From a virus: a stretch of DNA of 15,828 bases. The stretch lies in IMG/VR virus record IMGVR_UViG_3300031997_002496. One strand, 5' to 3'. Positions 5,953 to 12,520 of the stretch are shown here, piece after piece (positions within the stretch are counted from its first letter, which is position 1; the number at the start of each line of letters is the position of its first letter). The notes under the pieces are model-generated. The model was not told the origin of the DNA, made no database searches, and worked only from the letters and a program-made list of their open reading frames with translations. The position numbers were made by a program, and so were the translations under genes.

Positions 5953-6563
5953 TGACCAAAGAATGCACCTGCAAGGACGGCAAGAAAGATCCGAAGTGCA
6001 AGGCTTGCTCGAAGGGTGACGTCAACCTGGACAGCTTTCACCGCCTGAATCCTGAGGCCAAGCCCAAGACGGCTGGGCAGTTCAAGCTCGCCGGAGGGAA
6101 CCCCGGACTGTGGGGTGGGCTGAGTCAGGCCACCAAAGACCGCATCCTCAGCGCGGGCAAGGCGGGGCTCACCAGCGCCGTGCTGCCTGCGGCGGGCTCT
6201 GCGCTCGCAGCGGGTCTGGCGGCTGAACCGGGGCAGGGCTGGTCCGACGCGGCGAAGGCAGGGCTCGTGGGCGCAACGGCTGGCGGGCTTGCTGGCGCAG
6301 GACACCACCTCGGCATGACGGGGTCCAGCGACCTGGCGCACAGCTACCAGCGCGGCATCGGCGGCGACGTTCGAAACATGGGCAACTGGGGACGAGAGCA
6401 GATGGGACGCCCACTTCTGGCGCACCCCAACACCCCGCCACCGCCGAAAGTTGTTCCTGCTCCCGATGTGACGCCGACTCCCTCTGTCACCCCTGAAATT
6501 CCGAAGACGGGGATGTTCTACGAGTTCGGGAAGACCGCGGCGCTCTCTGCCTTCGCAATCTGA
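5949..6563 (+). CDS. Gly/Ala-rich protein (204 aa) with an N-terminal Cys cluster and a conserved C-terminal peptide
   Basis: ATGA overlap with the upstream gene. N-terminal CTCKDGKKDPKCKAC looks like a zinc knuckle. The middle is a Gly/Ala zipper, followed by a Pro-rich segment (PPPPKVVPAPDVTPTPSVTPEIP). The C-terminal peptide is FYEFGKTAALSAFAI. Confidence 0.55.
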   Translation: MMTKECTCKDGKKDPKCKACSKGDVNLDSFHRLNPEAKPKTAGQFKLAGGNPGLWGGLSQATKDRILSAGKAGLTSAVLPAAGSALAAGLAAEPGQGWSDAAKAGLVGATAGGLAGAGHHLGMTGSSDLAHSYQRGIGGDVRNMGNWGREQMGRPLLAHPNTPPPPKVVPAPDVTPTPSVTPEIPKTGMFYEFGKTAALSAFAI

Positions 6564-6570
6564 GACTCCC

Positions 6571-6756
6571 ATGCCTTTCAAAAGCGAAGCACAGCGCCGG
6601 CTGTTCCACGTGAAGGCTGACAAGGGAGAGATCTCCAAGGACACCGTGAGCGAGTGGGAGCACGCCACCAAGAACAAGAAGAAACTCCCAATGCACGTAA
6701 AGAAGTCCTACGAGCTTGGAAAACAGGCGGCGCTGAAAAGCTTTGCACTGAGGTGA
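6571..6756 (+). CDS. small Lys-rich protein (61 aa) ending in the same C-terminal peptide; in frame with, and one TGA away from, the next large ORF
   Basis: ATG at 6571, 8 nt after the upstream stop. C-terminus SYELGKQAALKSFALR. TGA at 6754-6756 is in the same frame as GTG 6760. Confidence 0.45.
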   Translation: MPFKSEAQRRLFHVKADKGEISKDTVSEWEHATKNKKKLPMHVKKSYELGKQAALKSFALR

Positions 6757-6759
6757 GCG

Positions 6760-9700
6760 GTGGGTGAGTACGACCGGGGAGCTCGAGCAGCGCTAGCCCT
6801 CTTCAGCAAGGAGGCCAATACCGGTGTGACCGCGGGCCACGTCAATCCTCTTCCGGTCGCAGGCAGCGGGTTCAATCAAGTAGCACAACAGGGAAATCCG
6901 ATGGCAGGACGGGTCGCCCACTCCCTCGTCGGTGGCGCCACTGGCGGAATTCTCAACGCGATGATGGCCCCCTCAGGGGACCGCATGCGGCAGGGGGCCA
7001 TTGGCTTTGCGTCAGACGCCATCGGAAGCGCCCTGGGCCCTTGGGGGATGATTGCCAGCCCCCTTCTGAACATGGGGCTCCAACAGCTGACATCCTCAAG
7101 TGGGGAAGAGAAGCGCGCTGACCACGCGGATGATCGGCTGAAAGAGCGAATCAAAACGGAGTTCCCGCCGGACACGCTGGCAAAACTCAGAGCACAAGCA
7201 AAAGAACTCGAGCTCGCTCCGGGACGGTACTACCTCCCGATGAAAGACAAGGCCGGGAACACAGCGGCAATTGCAGCGTTCAAGACCGTTGGCCCGAAGG
7301 ATCAGCTGGTACTGGCGACAGTTCTGAAACCCAAGAACAACCCTCCGTCAGGCACATCACTTTCGCACCTGATGAAGCAACCTCTCGGGTCCCAGATTGC
7401 CAAGGTGGATGCGTCCCCCAAGACATACACGATCCGCAAGAACGACGCAGGGCGCCTGACGTGCACCTGCAAGAGCTTCAAGTTCAACCACCGAGCGGCG
7501 GGCACGAACTGTAAGCACATCGACGAGCACCTTGGAAACACGAAGGAGTCTGCGAACCGGTTTGAGCAGTTCCTCCTCAACCAGGGTAACGTCAGCGATC
7601 CTCAGAAGACGCAACTCCGTGGACAGTTCGGACGGCTGACCCCTCGCCCGACGGCGAAGTCGAAGGCCCTCACCAGCCAAGCTTTGGCGCTGGAGCCTGG
7701 TCCGCAGCAAGCAGCGTCTCTGCGGTCCATGCGGACGTTGATGCAGACGCCGCACTACCCGGACAAAGACAGCCTCGAACGAACGCGCCGAATTCACGAG
7801 CTCTCCCTCACACCAAAGCTTCGAGCAATGGGCGGCAAGAGTCTTGACGCTCGGCGTGCTGCGGCGACCGACCCCACGTTCTTCTACGACGAGAAGAAAC
7901 GGTTCGCGACGCCAGGAGAGTACCAGGCCAAGTCGTTACGTCTCGGCGAAGAAACAGCTCCCACAGGGCTCCGGGCCGAACACGTTCTTCGCTCTGCGGC
8001 GGCAGGGAAACCCATCGAAACCAAGCTCTCCCCTGAAGCAGGGCGGCTGGTGATGTACCCAGACGCCTTGAAGGTGCAGCGTGAGCGCCTGAACAAGCAA
8101 CGCACCACCCCCGGCCAAACCAAACCCTGGGACCCCACCGACATGCGCCAGACCCTTGAGCACGAGGGGGCGGAGCGCAAGATGGTTCTCGAAGGCGTGC
8201 GCAGAGGCAAGCCGTCCACAGCGTACTCTTCGCACTGGGGCAGTGAGGCTGACGTCGCGGCGAACCAGGTCGCAGCCAAGGATCCCAAGAGTCAGTGGGT
8301 TCCAAACAACCCCGACTCCTTCATCGAGAAGGAACACTGGGACCGCCTCTACAAGCAGCACGGCGGGACTCGGGGACGCCCCATCCCGTCAGACAGTCGA
8401 GCTTCACGCAGCTTGGATAGATCAATCGCAGGCGTCATGGCGAAGACCCCCTTGACCGAGAAAACGCGGCCAGATCTCACAGCCGCCTTGGACGCAGGAG
8501 TCATGGGAATGCCTCTCCATCCGGAACTCGAAGCGCGTCTGAAGCGTGACTTCACCAAACTGAAGCCGGAGCTCGGTGAAACCTCCGCGCCCTGGGACGA
8601 CGCATCCCGGAGCCAAAAGGCTCTCGAAGTCCTGAAGAGTCGAACCCGGATGAAGACGTCCGCGGAAGGCGTGCGTCACTCTGGTGAACCCATCGACAAC
8701 CAGGAGGAGCCTCAGACCACGGAGGCTCCGATGCCTCCGCCTGAGAAGAAGAAGTCCTGGCTCCCTGCCTTGGGTACCGCGGCGGCGCTGGGACTTGGGA
8801 CGTACGGCCTCCTTCGCCGACCCTCGTTCTCTGCGAACCCCGCCCTGCGGAAAACACAGCAGTTGGCGGCGGAGAAAGGGTTCCACCGCATCGTTCCGGT
8901 GATGAAGTCCACAGATCTCCCAGACCCTGAGGCGGGGTTCCTGGGGCGGCTGCACCACAAGATTCAACCCAAAGTCGATGAGCAGGGCCGCATGAACTTG
9001 CTCAACCGCTTCAAGTTCTGGGCGCAGGAAGGCGGAGAAGCCGTCCCTATCGGGTACACGGACAAAGGGAAGGCGTTCATCCCCAACGGAGGGAAGCCGG
9101 TCAAGACTGAAGGCGTTGTCTTCGGTCGCCCCATGCTCGAGCCGAAGGAACGCAAACTTGTACGGGGTGGGGTGGACATCGAGGGGTCGGCGAAGACCCA
9201 ACGAGCCCTTACCGACATGGGGTTGAAGGGCAAGGGCATGGAAGCAACCCTCCTTCAGCGCCATTCCCCAGGAGCGGCGCCAAAGACGGTCGTCGATCTC
9301 TCCAAGTTCATGGCGCCTCCAAAGGGGAGAGAAACTTCGAACCAGCGGGTTGCGCGGATTCGCGAAATTCAGAAAGCAATGCAGGCAAAATTCAAAGGTA
9401 CGGAGATGGAAGACCACCTCCTCAAACCGACCCTTGGATTCAACTCCGGCGGGAAGTTCCCCATGAGCGGGGACGATTGGGGCAAACACCTCGCCAGGTT
9501 CGACAAAGCCATGGCAGATCCGGCGTTCAAGGCGAAATTTCAGAAAGCCACCCCCGACGAATTCGCCAACATGGTGTGGGACAAGAAGATTCTCGAGGGA
9601 CACACGCTCCACGAGATGCTGAAGAACCCGCAGTCGGCGATTGCTCAGCAGCAGATCCCCAACCGGCTTGGGGAGTGGCGCGTCAACGTTACCAAGGGTG

Positions 9701-10158
9701 AAGCCCCGTTGAGCATGATGGCGCCGCGTGGGGCTACCGACAACCCGATGGAGTCTCTCAAAGAACTGGCAACTGAGGGAGTAAGCCCCTTCAAGATCAA
9801 ACAGTTCGTTGAAGGCCACGTCCGAAAGCTTCCGAAGCACTACCGCGAAGGAACGTACGGCGCTGACGTGATGCCGTACTACACGCCTGAAGGGAAGCTG
9901 GACTACAAATTCGTCGAGCTCAACCCATCAGAGCGGGCGGGGTACCACGGTAGCGCCGGTGGCGGCTCAGGCTTCCTCGACGCCAGCAACATCCCCTGGG
10001 CGGGGCACGCACACTACCGCACGGCGACGGGCCGCCACACGACGCCAGTGGCTATGGCCGGAGGCTTGGCAGCGGCTGGGCTGGGCGGTATGGCGGCTCG
10101 AGCGCTGACGCCTGAGCAGAAGGATGAGGAAGAAGACGCCCCACATCCTGTGGGCTAA
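6760..10158 (+). CDS. very large protein (1132 aa) with a Gly/Ala-rich N-terminus, a SWIM-type zinc finger and one predicted TM helix; candidate internal virion / ejection protein
   Basis: Uninterrupted 3.4-kb frame. GTG 6760 has GAGGTG 4 nt upstream. ATG at 6901 (MAGRVAHS...) is an alternative start. A SWIM-like CxCx(n)CxH is present (LTCTCKSFKFNHRAAGTNCKH, nt ~7454-7520). A hydrophobic helix (SWLPALGTAAALGLGTYGLL, ~8754-8815) is also present. The N-terminal 16 aa repeat the peptide motif seen at the ends of the two preceding ORFs. Confidence 0.8.
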   Translation: MGEYDRGARAALALFSKEANTGVTAGHVNPLPVAGSGFNQVAQQGNPMAGRVAHSLVGGATGGILNAMMAPSGDRMRQGAIGFASDAIGSALGPWGMIASPLLNMGLQQLTSSSGEEKRADHADDRLKERIKTEFPPDTLAKLRAQAKELELAPGRYYLPMKDKAGNTAAIAAFKTVGPKDQLVLATVLKPKNNPPSGTSLSHLMKQPLGSQIAKVDASPKTYTIRKNDAGRLTCTCKSFKFNHRAAGTNCKHIDEHLGNTKESANRFEQFLLNQGNVSDPQKTQLRGQFGRLTPRPTAKSKALTSQALALEPGPQQAASLRSMRTLMQTPHYPDKDSLERTRRIHELSLTPKLRAMGGKSLDARRAAATDPTFFYDEKKRFATPGEYQAKSLRLGEETAPTGLRAEHVLRSAAAGKPIETKLSPEAGRLVMYPDALKVQRERLNKQRTTPGQTKPWDPTDMRQTLEHEGAERKMVLEGVRRGKPSTAYSSHWGSEADVAANQVAAKDPKSQWVPNNPDSFIEKEHWDRLYKQHGGTRGRPIPSDSRASRSLDRSIAGVMAKTPLTEKTRPDLTAALDAGVMGMPLHPELEARLKRDFTKLKPELGETSAPWDDASRSQKALEVLKSRTRMKTSAEGVRHSGEPIDNQEEPQTTEAPMPPPEKKKSWLPALGTAAALGLGTYGLLRRPSFSANPALRKTQQLAAEKGFHRIVPVMKSTDLPDPEAGFLGRLHHKIQPKVDEQGRMNLLNRFKFWAQEGGEAVPIGYTDKGKAFIPNGGKPVKTEGVVFGRPMLEPKERKLVRGGVDIEGSAKTQRALTDMGLKGKGMEATLLQRHSPGAAPKTVVDLSKFMAPPKGRETSNQRVARIREIQKAMQAKFKGTEMEDHLLKPTLGFNSGGKFPMSGDDWGKHLARFDKAMADPAFKAKFQKATPDEFANMVWDKKILEGHTLHEMLKNPQSAIAQQQIPNRLGEWRVNVTKGEAPLSMMAPRGATDNPMESLKELATEGVSPFKIKQFVEGHVRKLPKHYREGTYGADVMPYYTPEGKLDYKFVELNPSERAGYHGSAGGGSGFLDASNIPWAGHAHYRTATGRHTTPVAMAGGLAAAGLGGMAARALTPEQKDEEEDAPHPVG

Positions 10159-10188
10159 AAAACGCCCCCAGCTACGGGGGCGGTACTT
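10157..10188 (-). terminator. intrinsic terminator (7-bp GC stem plus U6) oriented for the minus strand, lying between convergent genes
   Basis: Plus strand reads aaaaaaCGCCCCCagctacGGGGGCGgtacttc. On the minus strand the transcript is CGCCCCC-guagcu-GGGGGCG followed directly by UUUUUU. On the plus strand the A-run precedes the stem and no U-tract follows it. Confidence 0.7.
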
Positions 10189-10613
10189 CACTGAGTCCTG
10201 ACAACCAGGCACCAGTTGGTCCAACGCTTACGGAATGCGTTGTGCGTCATCTTCGTTCCCAAGAGCCGGAGCGGCGCCGGGTCCGCCAGGTAGACGTACT
10301 TCGCGTCACAGCCGTGCACGACGCCGAAGTGGTCGCCGTCGAGATGAACAAGCAGCAGCTTCTCCTTCTTCAGCGCGGCTTGCAGCTCTCGGAATCGCAT
10401 GCGGTAGTTGTGCTGCACGTGAAGCTTTCGCTTGCGAAACGCTTTGATCATCGCATGTACTCGCGTGCCCTTTTCAGGGGTGCACCCAAGCTCACGCTTC
10501 AAGCGGCGGTACGGTGACCGGTCGCCGAAGTGATGAAGGATCATCGCTACAGAGTGCACTCCGCACGAATAGCTGTCGAGCTGAATGGATCTACGGAAAA
10601 CGGATATCGTCAC
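10188..10613 (-). CDS. standalone C39-like papain-fold cysteine peptidase domain (141 aa)
   Basis: GTG start with AGGAGG 6 nt upstream on the minus strand. Catalytic Cys context YSCGVHSVAMILHHFG matches the bacteriocin-processing C39 signature ([DE]CGxAxLAM(I/V)LxxxG). The His block is DHFGVVHG, followed by VYLADPA (the conserved DPA/Asp region). No ABC-transporter domains are attached. Confidence 0.7.
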   Translation of the reverse strand: MTISVFRRSIQLDSYSCGVHSVAMILHHFGDRSPYRRLKRELGCTPEKGTRVHAMIKAFRKRKLHVQHNYRMRFRELQAALKKEKLLLVHLDGDHFGVVHGCDAKYVYLADPAPLRLLGTKMTHNAFRKRWTNWCLVVRTQ

Positions 10614-10665
10614 AGAGTACCTCCTTTCTACGGGTTCAGCCCTTATACCCGGAGGGGGCTCCTTT

Positions 10666-11196
10666 TTACGCCGCTCGGAGGTGCTTAGGTGTATTCCGAA
10701 CGGGGTCAGTTTTCAGGTACTCGCACAGCTTCTCCAGCTGATTGGGGGAAATCGTGTACCGCTGCATGCGGCCCTTCTTCCCCTTGGTACGGTACGTCGT
10801 TAGCTTCCAGTCCTGCCGAAGGGCTTCTCGGGCTCGCTTCAGTTGGTACTGGTGGTAGCCTGTCTCTCGAGCAGCGCTCTCCATCGAGAACACGTTTGCC
10901 CTCGTACGCATGTTGAGAGACTGGATCTTCTTGAAGACGCTGGCGGGTGTTCTGTTCAAGATTTTAGCGATCTCTCGAAAACCCCAACGGTCAACCAGAA
11001 CGTACAAGCGAGCAACCTCCGACTGAGACCACTTCTTGTATGTCCCTTCGAAAACTGGGATCTGATTACGCCGCATGAATTTGCCGACGCCGGAACTATT
11101 ACGGCCAAGACGTCGTGCGAGCTCTGCTTTAGACGTAGTACTGCCAAACTGCCAGAGGAATTCGATCTCCTCCGGCGTGAATGCTCCTTTTGCCAT
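10666..11196 (-). CDS. DNA-binding regulator: two tandem N-terminal HTH-like repeats plus a C-terminal Xis/MerR-like HTH (176 aa)
   Basis: ATG at 11196 has GGTGGGGG 4 nt upstream. The duplicated segments are FTPEEIEFLWQFGSTTSKAELARRLGRNSSGV and WSQSEVARLYVLVDRWGFREIAKILNRTPASVFKKI (W..G....E.A..L.R). The C-terminal segment FSMESAARETGYHQYQLKRAREAL...RYTISPNQLEKLCEYL fits the excisionase/HTH_17 pattern. Confidence 0.65.
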   Translation of the reverse strand: MAKGAFTPEEIEFLWQFGSTTSKAELARRLGRNSSGVGKFMRRNQIPVFEGTYKKWSQSEVARLYVLVDRWGFREIAKILNRTPASVFKKIQSLNMRTRANVFSMESAARETGYHQYQLKRAREALRQDWKLTTYRTKGKKGRMQRYTISPNQLEKLCEYLKTDPVRNTPKHLRAA

Positions 11197-11258
11197 AGTA
11201 CCCCCACCACTTAGATTACCTTCCAGCTGCCTGGCGACATCAGGTGCACGGCTAGGCC

Positions 11259-11300
11259 GGAAACCTGTGTCGCCAAGCCAGTGTCGCTGTCGCCGCTACG
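11259..11300. promoter_or_regulatory. operator-like cluster: GTGTCGC direct repeats plus a perfect GTCGCCG-cta-CGGCGAC palindrome, in the upstream region of the HTH regulator gene
   Basis: Plus strand reads cctGTGTCGCcaagccaGTGTCGCtGTCGCCGctaCGGCGACtttactg. The repeat centres are 14 nt apart. It lies 60-100 bp upstream (minus sense) of the regulator start at 11196. Confidence 0.3.
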
Positions 11301-11327
11301 GCGACTTTACTGAGTAGACTGGTGAGG

Positions 11328-11636
11328 TCAAAAGCCTTTCGGCCAAACGCTGTGAACCGCGTGCTCTTTCAAGACAGCGCGGATCATGTTCTCCACCTGC
11401 TTCTTAGGGACCGTGAGATCAGAAGCGGCGGCGCTCATGGCAAGATACAAAGCGTCACCGCCTACGGTGTGTCGGACGAGGTACCGCGTGAACGCGGCAA
11501 GGAGTTCAAACGGGATATCATCTGGTCCCGGTCCGTGTTGAACAGGCTCGCGCTGCAGCCCTCTCCGATCCCCATCGCCTCCTCCATTTCCTTTTTCAAC
11601 TTCGGCTCCGCGTCGATATACATCCCGCAGCGCCAT
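11328..11636 (-). CDS. hypothetical protein, or the C-terminal part of a frameshifted gene (conflicts with 11462..11770)
   Basis: Only the last ~60 aa look like real protein (PFELLAAFTRYLVRHTVGGDALYLAMSAAASDLTVPKKQVENMIRAVLKEHAVHSVWPKGF). The N-terminal part is low-complexity. Confidence 0.25.
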   Translation of the reverse strand: MALRDVYRRGAEVEKGNGGGDGDRRGLQREPVQHGPGPDDIPFELLAAFTRYLVRHTVGGDALYLAMSAAASDLTVPKKQVENMIRAVLKEHAVHSVWPKGF

Positions 11637-11770
11637 TGAATCCCCACCTGTCGAAGGTACGGGCAACCCACTTTCTTGTCCCATGTCTTTCCCTCCTCGT
11701 TCATTCGGTAAGCGCTGAAGCCGCAGGGGCCTCGGCGGCATTCGAAACCACACCCTACGCAGTCAGCCAT
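11462..11770 (-). CDS. Cys-rich metal-binding small protein (N-terminal CxxCxxxCxxxxC cluster); the 3' boundary is uncertain because of a frame conflict
   Basis: ATG at 11770 overlaps the stop of the upstream gene (ATGGCTGA). MADCVGCGFECRRGPCGF...GCPYL...WRCGMY. The first ~70 aa look protein-like; the tail does not. An overlapping frame (11328..11636) has a convincing C-terminal 60 aa. Confidence 0.4.
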   Translation of the reverse strand: MADCVGCGFECRRGPCGFSAYRMNEEGKTWDKKVGCPYLRQVGIQWRCGMYIDAEPKLKKEMEEAMGIGEGCSASLFNTDRDQMISRLNSLPRSRGTSSDTP

Positions 11771-12074
11771 CTTTGAGCAACCATTCGGCGATCAAGTTAG
11801 CTACCTTGTTACTTAGCTCCTCGTCGCCGTCCTCCTCCAAGCCACAGATGTAGTGGCAAAAGTTGTGGACGACGTACCGCTCGAGCGACATATCGGGGCT
11901 ATTCCGCCGCCACGCCTCGATGTTCAACCGCACCTCCGGGGGCGACGTGAAGTCGCACCGGTCTGTCGCCGCCGCCGGTTTCACCGCCGGGAACGGCATG
12001 TTGTAGATCCTGCACAAGAGGTTGAACCGCGCCCGTGCCGTCTTGAACAACTTGCTACGCTTTGAAGCCGCCAT
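11763..12074 (-). CDS. hypothetical protein (103 aa) with an HxxCHxxC motif
   Basis: ATG at 12074 with GGAGGA 3-4 nt upstream. YVVHNFCHYICGLEEDGDEE may bind metal. Overlaps the next gene by 8 nt. Confidence 0.6.
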   Translation of the reverse strand: MAASKRSKLFKTARARFNLLCRIYNMPFPAVKPAAATDRCDFTSPPEVRLNIEAWRRNSPDMSLERYVVHNFCHYICGLEEDGDEELSNKVANLIAEWLLKDG

Positions 12075-12273
12075 GCTTCCTCCTGTTGGCGTTTGGGTTT
12101 GCAGCGATGCACGTTGGGCATCGCCGTTCAGTCTTCCCGGACTTGAGCCCGAGCTCCTTCAGGTTGATGCTGTGCCCACAAGACAGCGCCTCTGAGATCG
12201 TGCGCCCGTCTTTGTCACGGATGCACTTCTCGACGGACTTGGTGTTCGGGCTACCGCTTCGGTAGAGGGTCAT
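12055..12273 (-). CDS. small zinc-ribbon-like protein (72 aa from ATG 12273)
   Basis: EKC...SCGH...RRCPTC gives four Cys plus a His. The N-terminal extension of the long ORF (to 12432) is GC-rich junk-like sequence (GCGGTGGLRKPASACLRC). The SD is weak. Overlaps the downstream gene by 20 nt. Confidence 0.4.
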   Translation of the reverse strand: MTLYRSGSPNTKSVEKCIRDKDGRTISEALSCGHSINLKELGLKSGKTERRCPTCIAANPNANRRKHGGFKA

Positions 12274-12520
12274 AGCCCAAGTCCAGGGGTGGTGGCGTGG
12301 TGGGATCCGTGTCCCCCCACCAGCAACACTCGGAAGAGGGAAGCAGCGAAGGCACGCCGATGCAGGTTTTCGTAACCCACCCGTGCCGCCACAACCCGCG
12401 TACCCAGAAGACTGGGGACCCGTAAGCTCCACAAATTCGGTCGGTCAAGGAGAGGGCTCCGCCAACTCCCAACCGAGAATCACCAGGGCTTTGTCTACCG
12501 CGGCCGCTGACGTCCAGAGG

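Noticed and set aside
5054-6563. Gly/Ala proteins as double-glycine (C39-processed) bacteriocin precursors
   Set aside because: The internal GG sites (GKWGG, QWGG, GLWGG) lack the conserved hydrophobic -4/-7/-12 leader positions and sit 35-60 residues in. The proteins are far larger than microcins. No ABC exporter is present.
5538-6677. 379-aa minus-strand ORF spanning the Gly/Ala genes
   Set aside because: Arg/Pro/Ala-rich, no domain, antisense to three coupled genes. The conserved terminal peptide is only present in the plus frames.
6505-6760. DGR-like template/variable repeat pair, suggested by the two similar 45-bp segments
   Set aside because: Mismatches are not adenine-specific and no reverse transcriptase is present. 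The similarity is explained by a conserved peptide.
8422-9840. 472-aa minus-strand ORF inside the 1132-aa gene, plus many shorter antisense ORFs from 7302 to 9239
   Set aside because: Antisense to an uninterrupted 3.4-kb frame. Low-complexity Arg/Leu/Pro-rich composition.
10640-10659. GGAG-gggg-CTCC hairpin followed by TTTTT on the plus strand
   Set aside because: The stem is only 4 bp and no plus-strand gene ends here. It lies in the leader of the minus-strand C39 gene, next to its SD.
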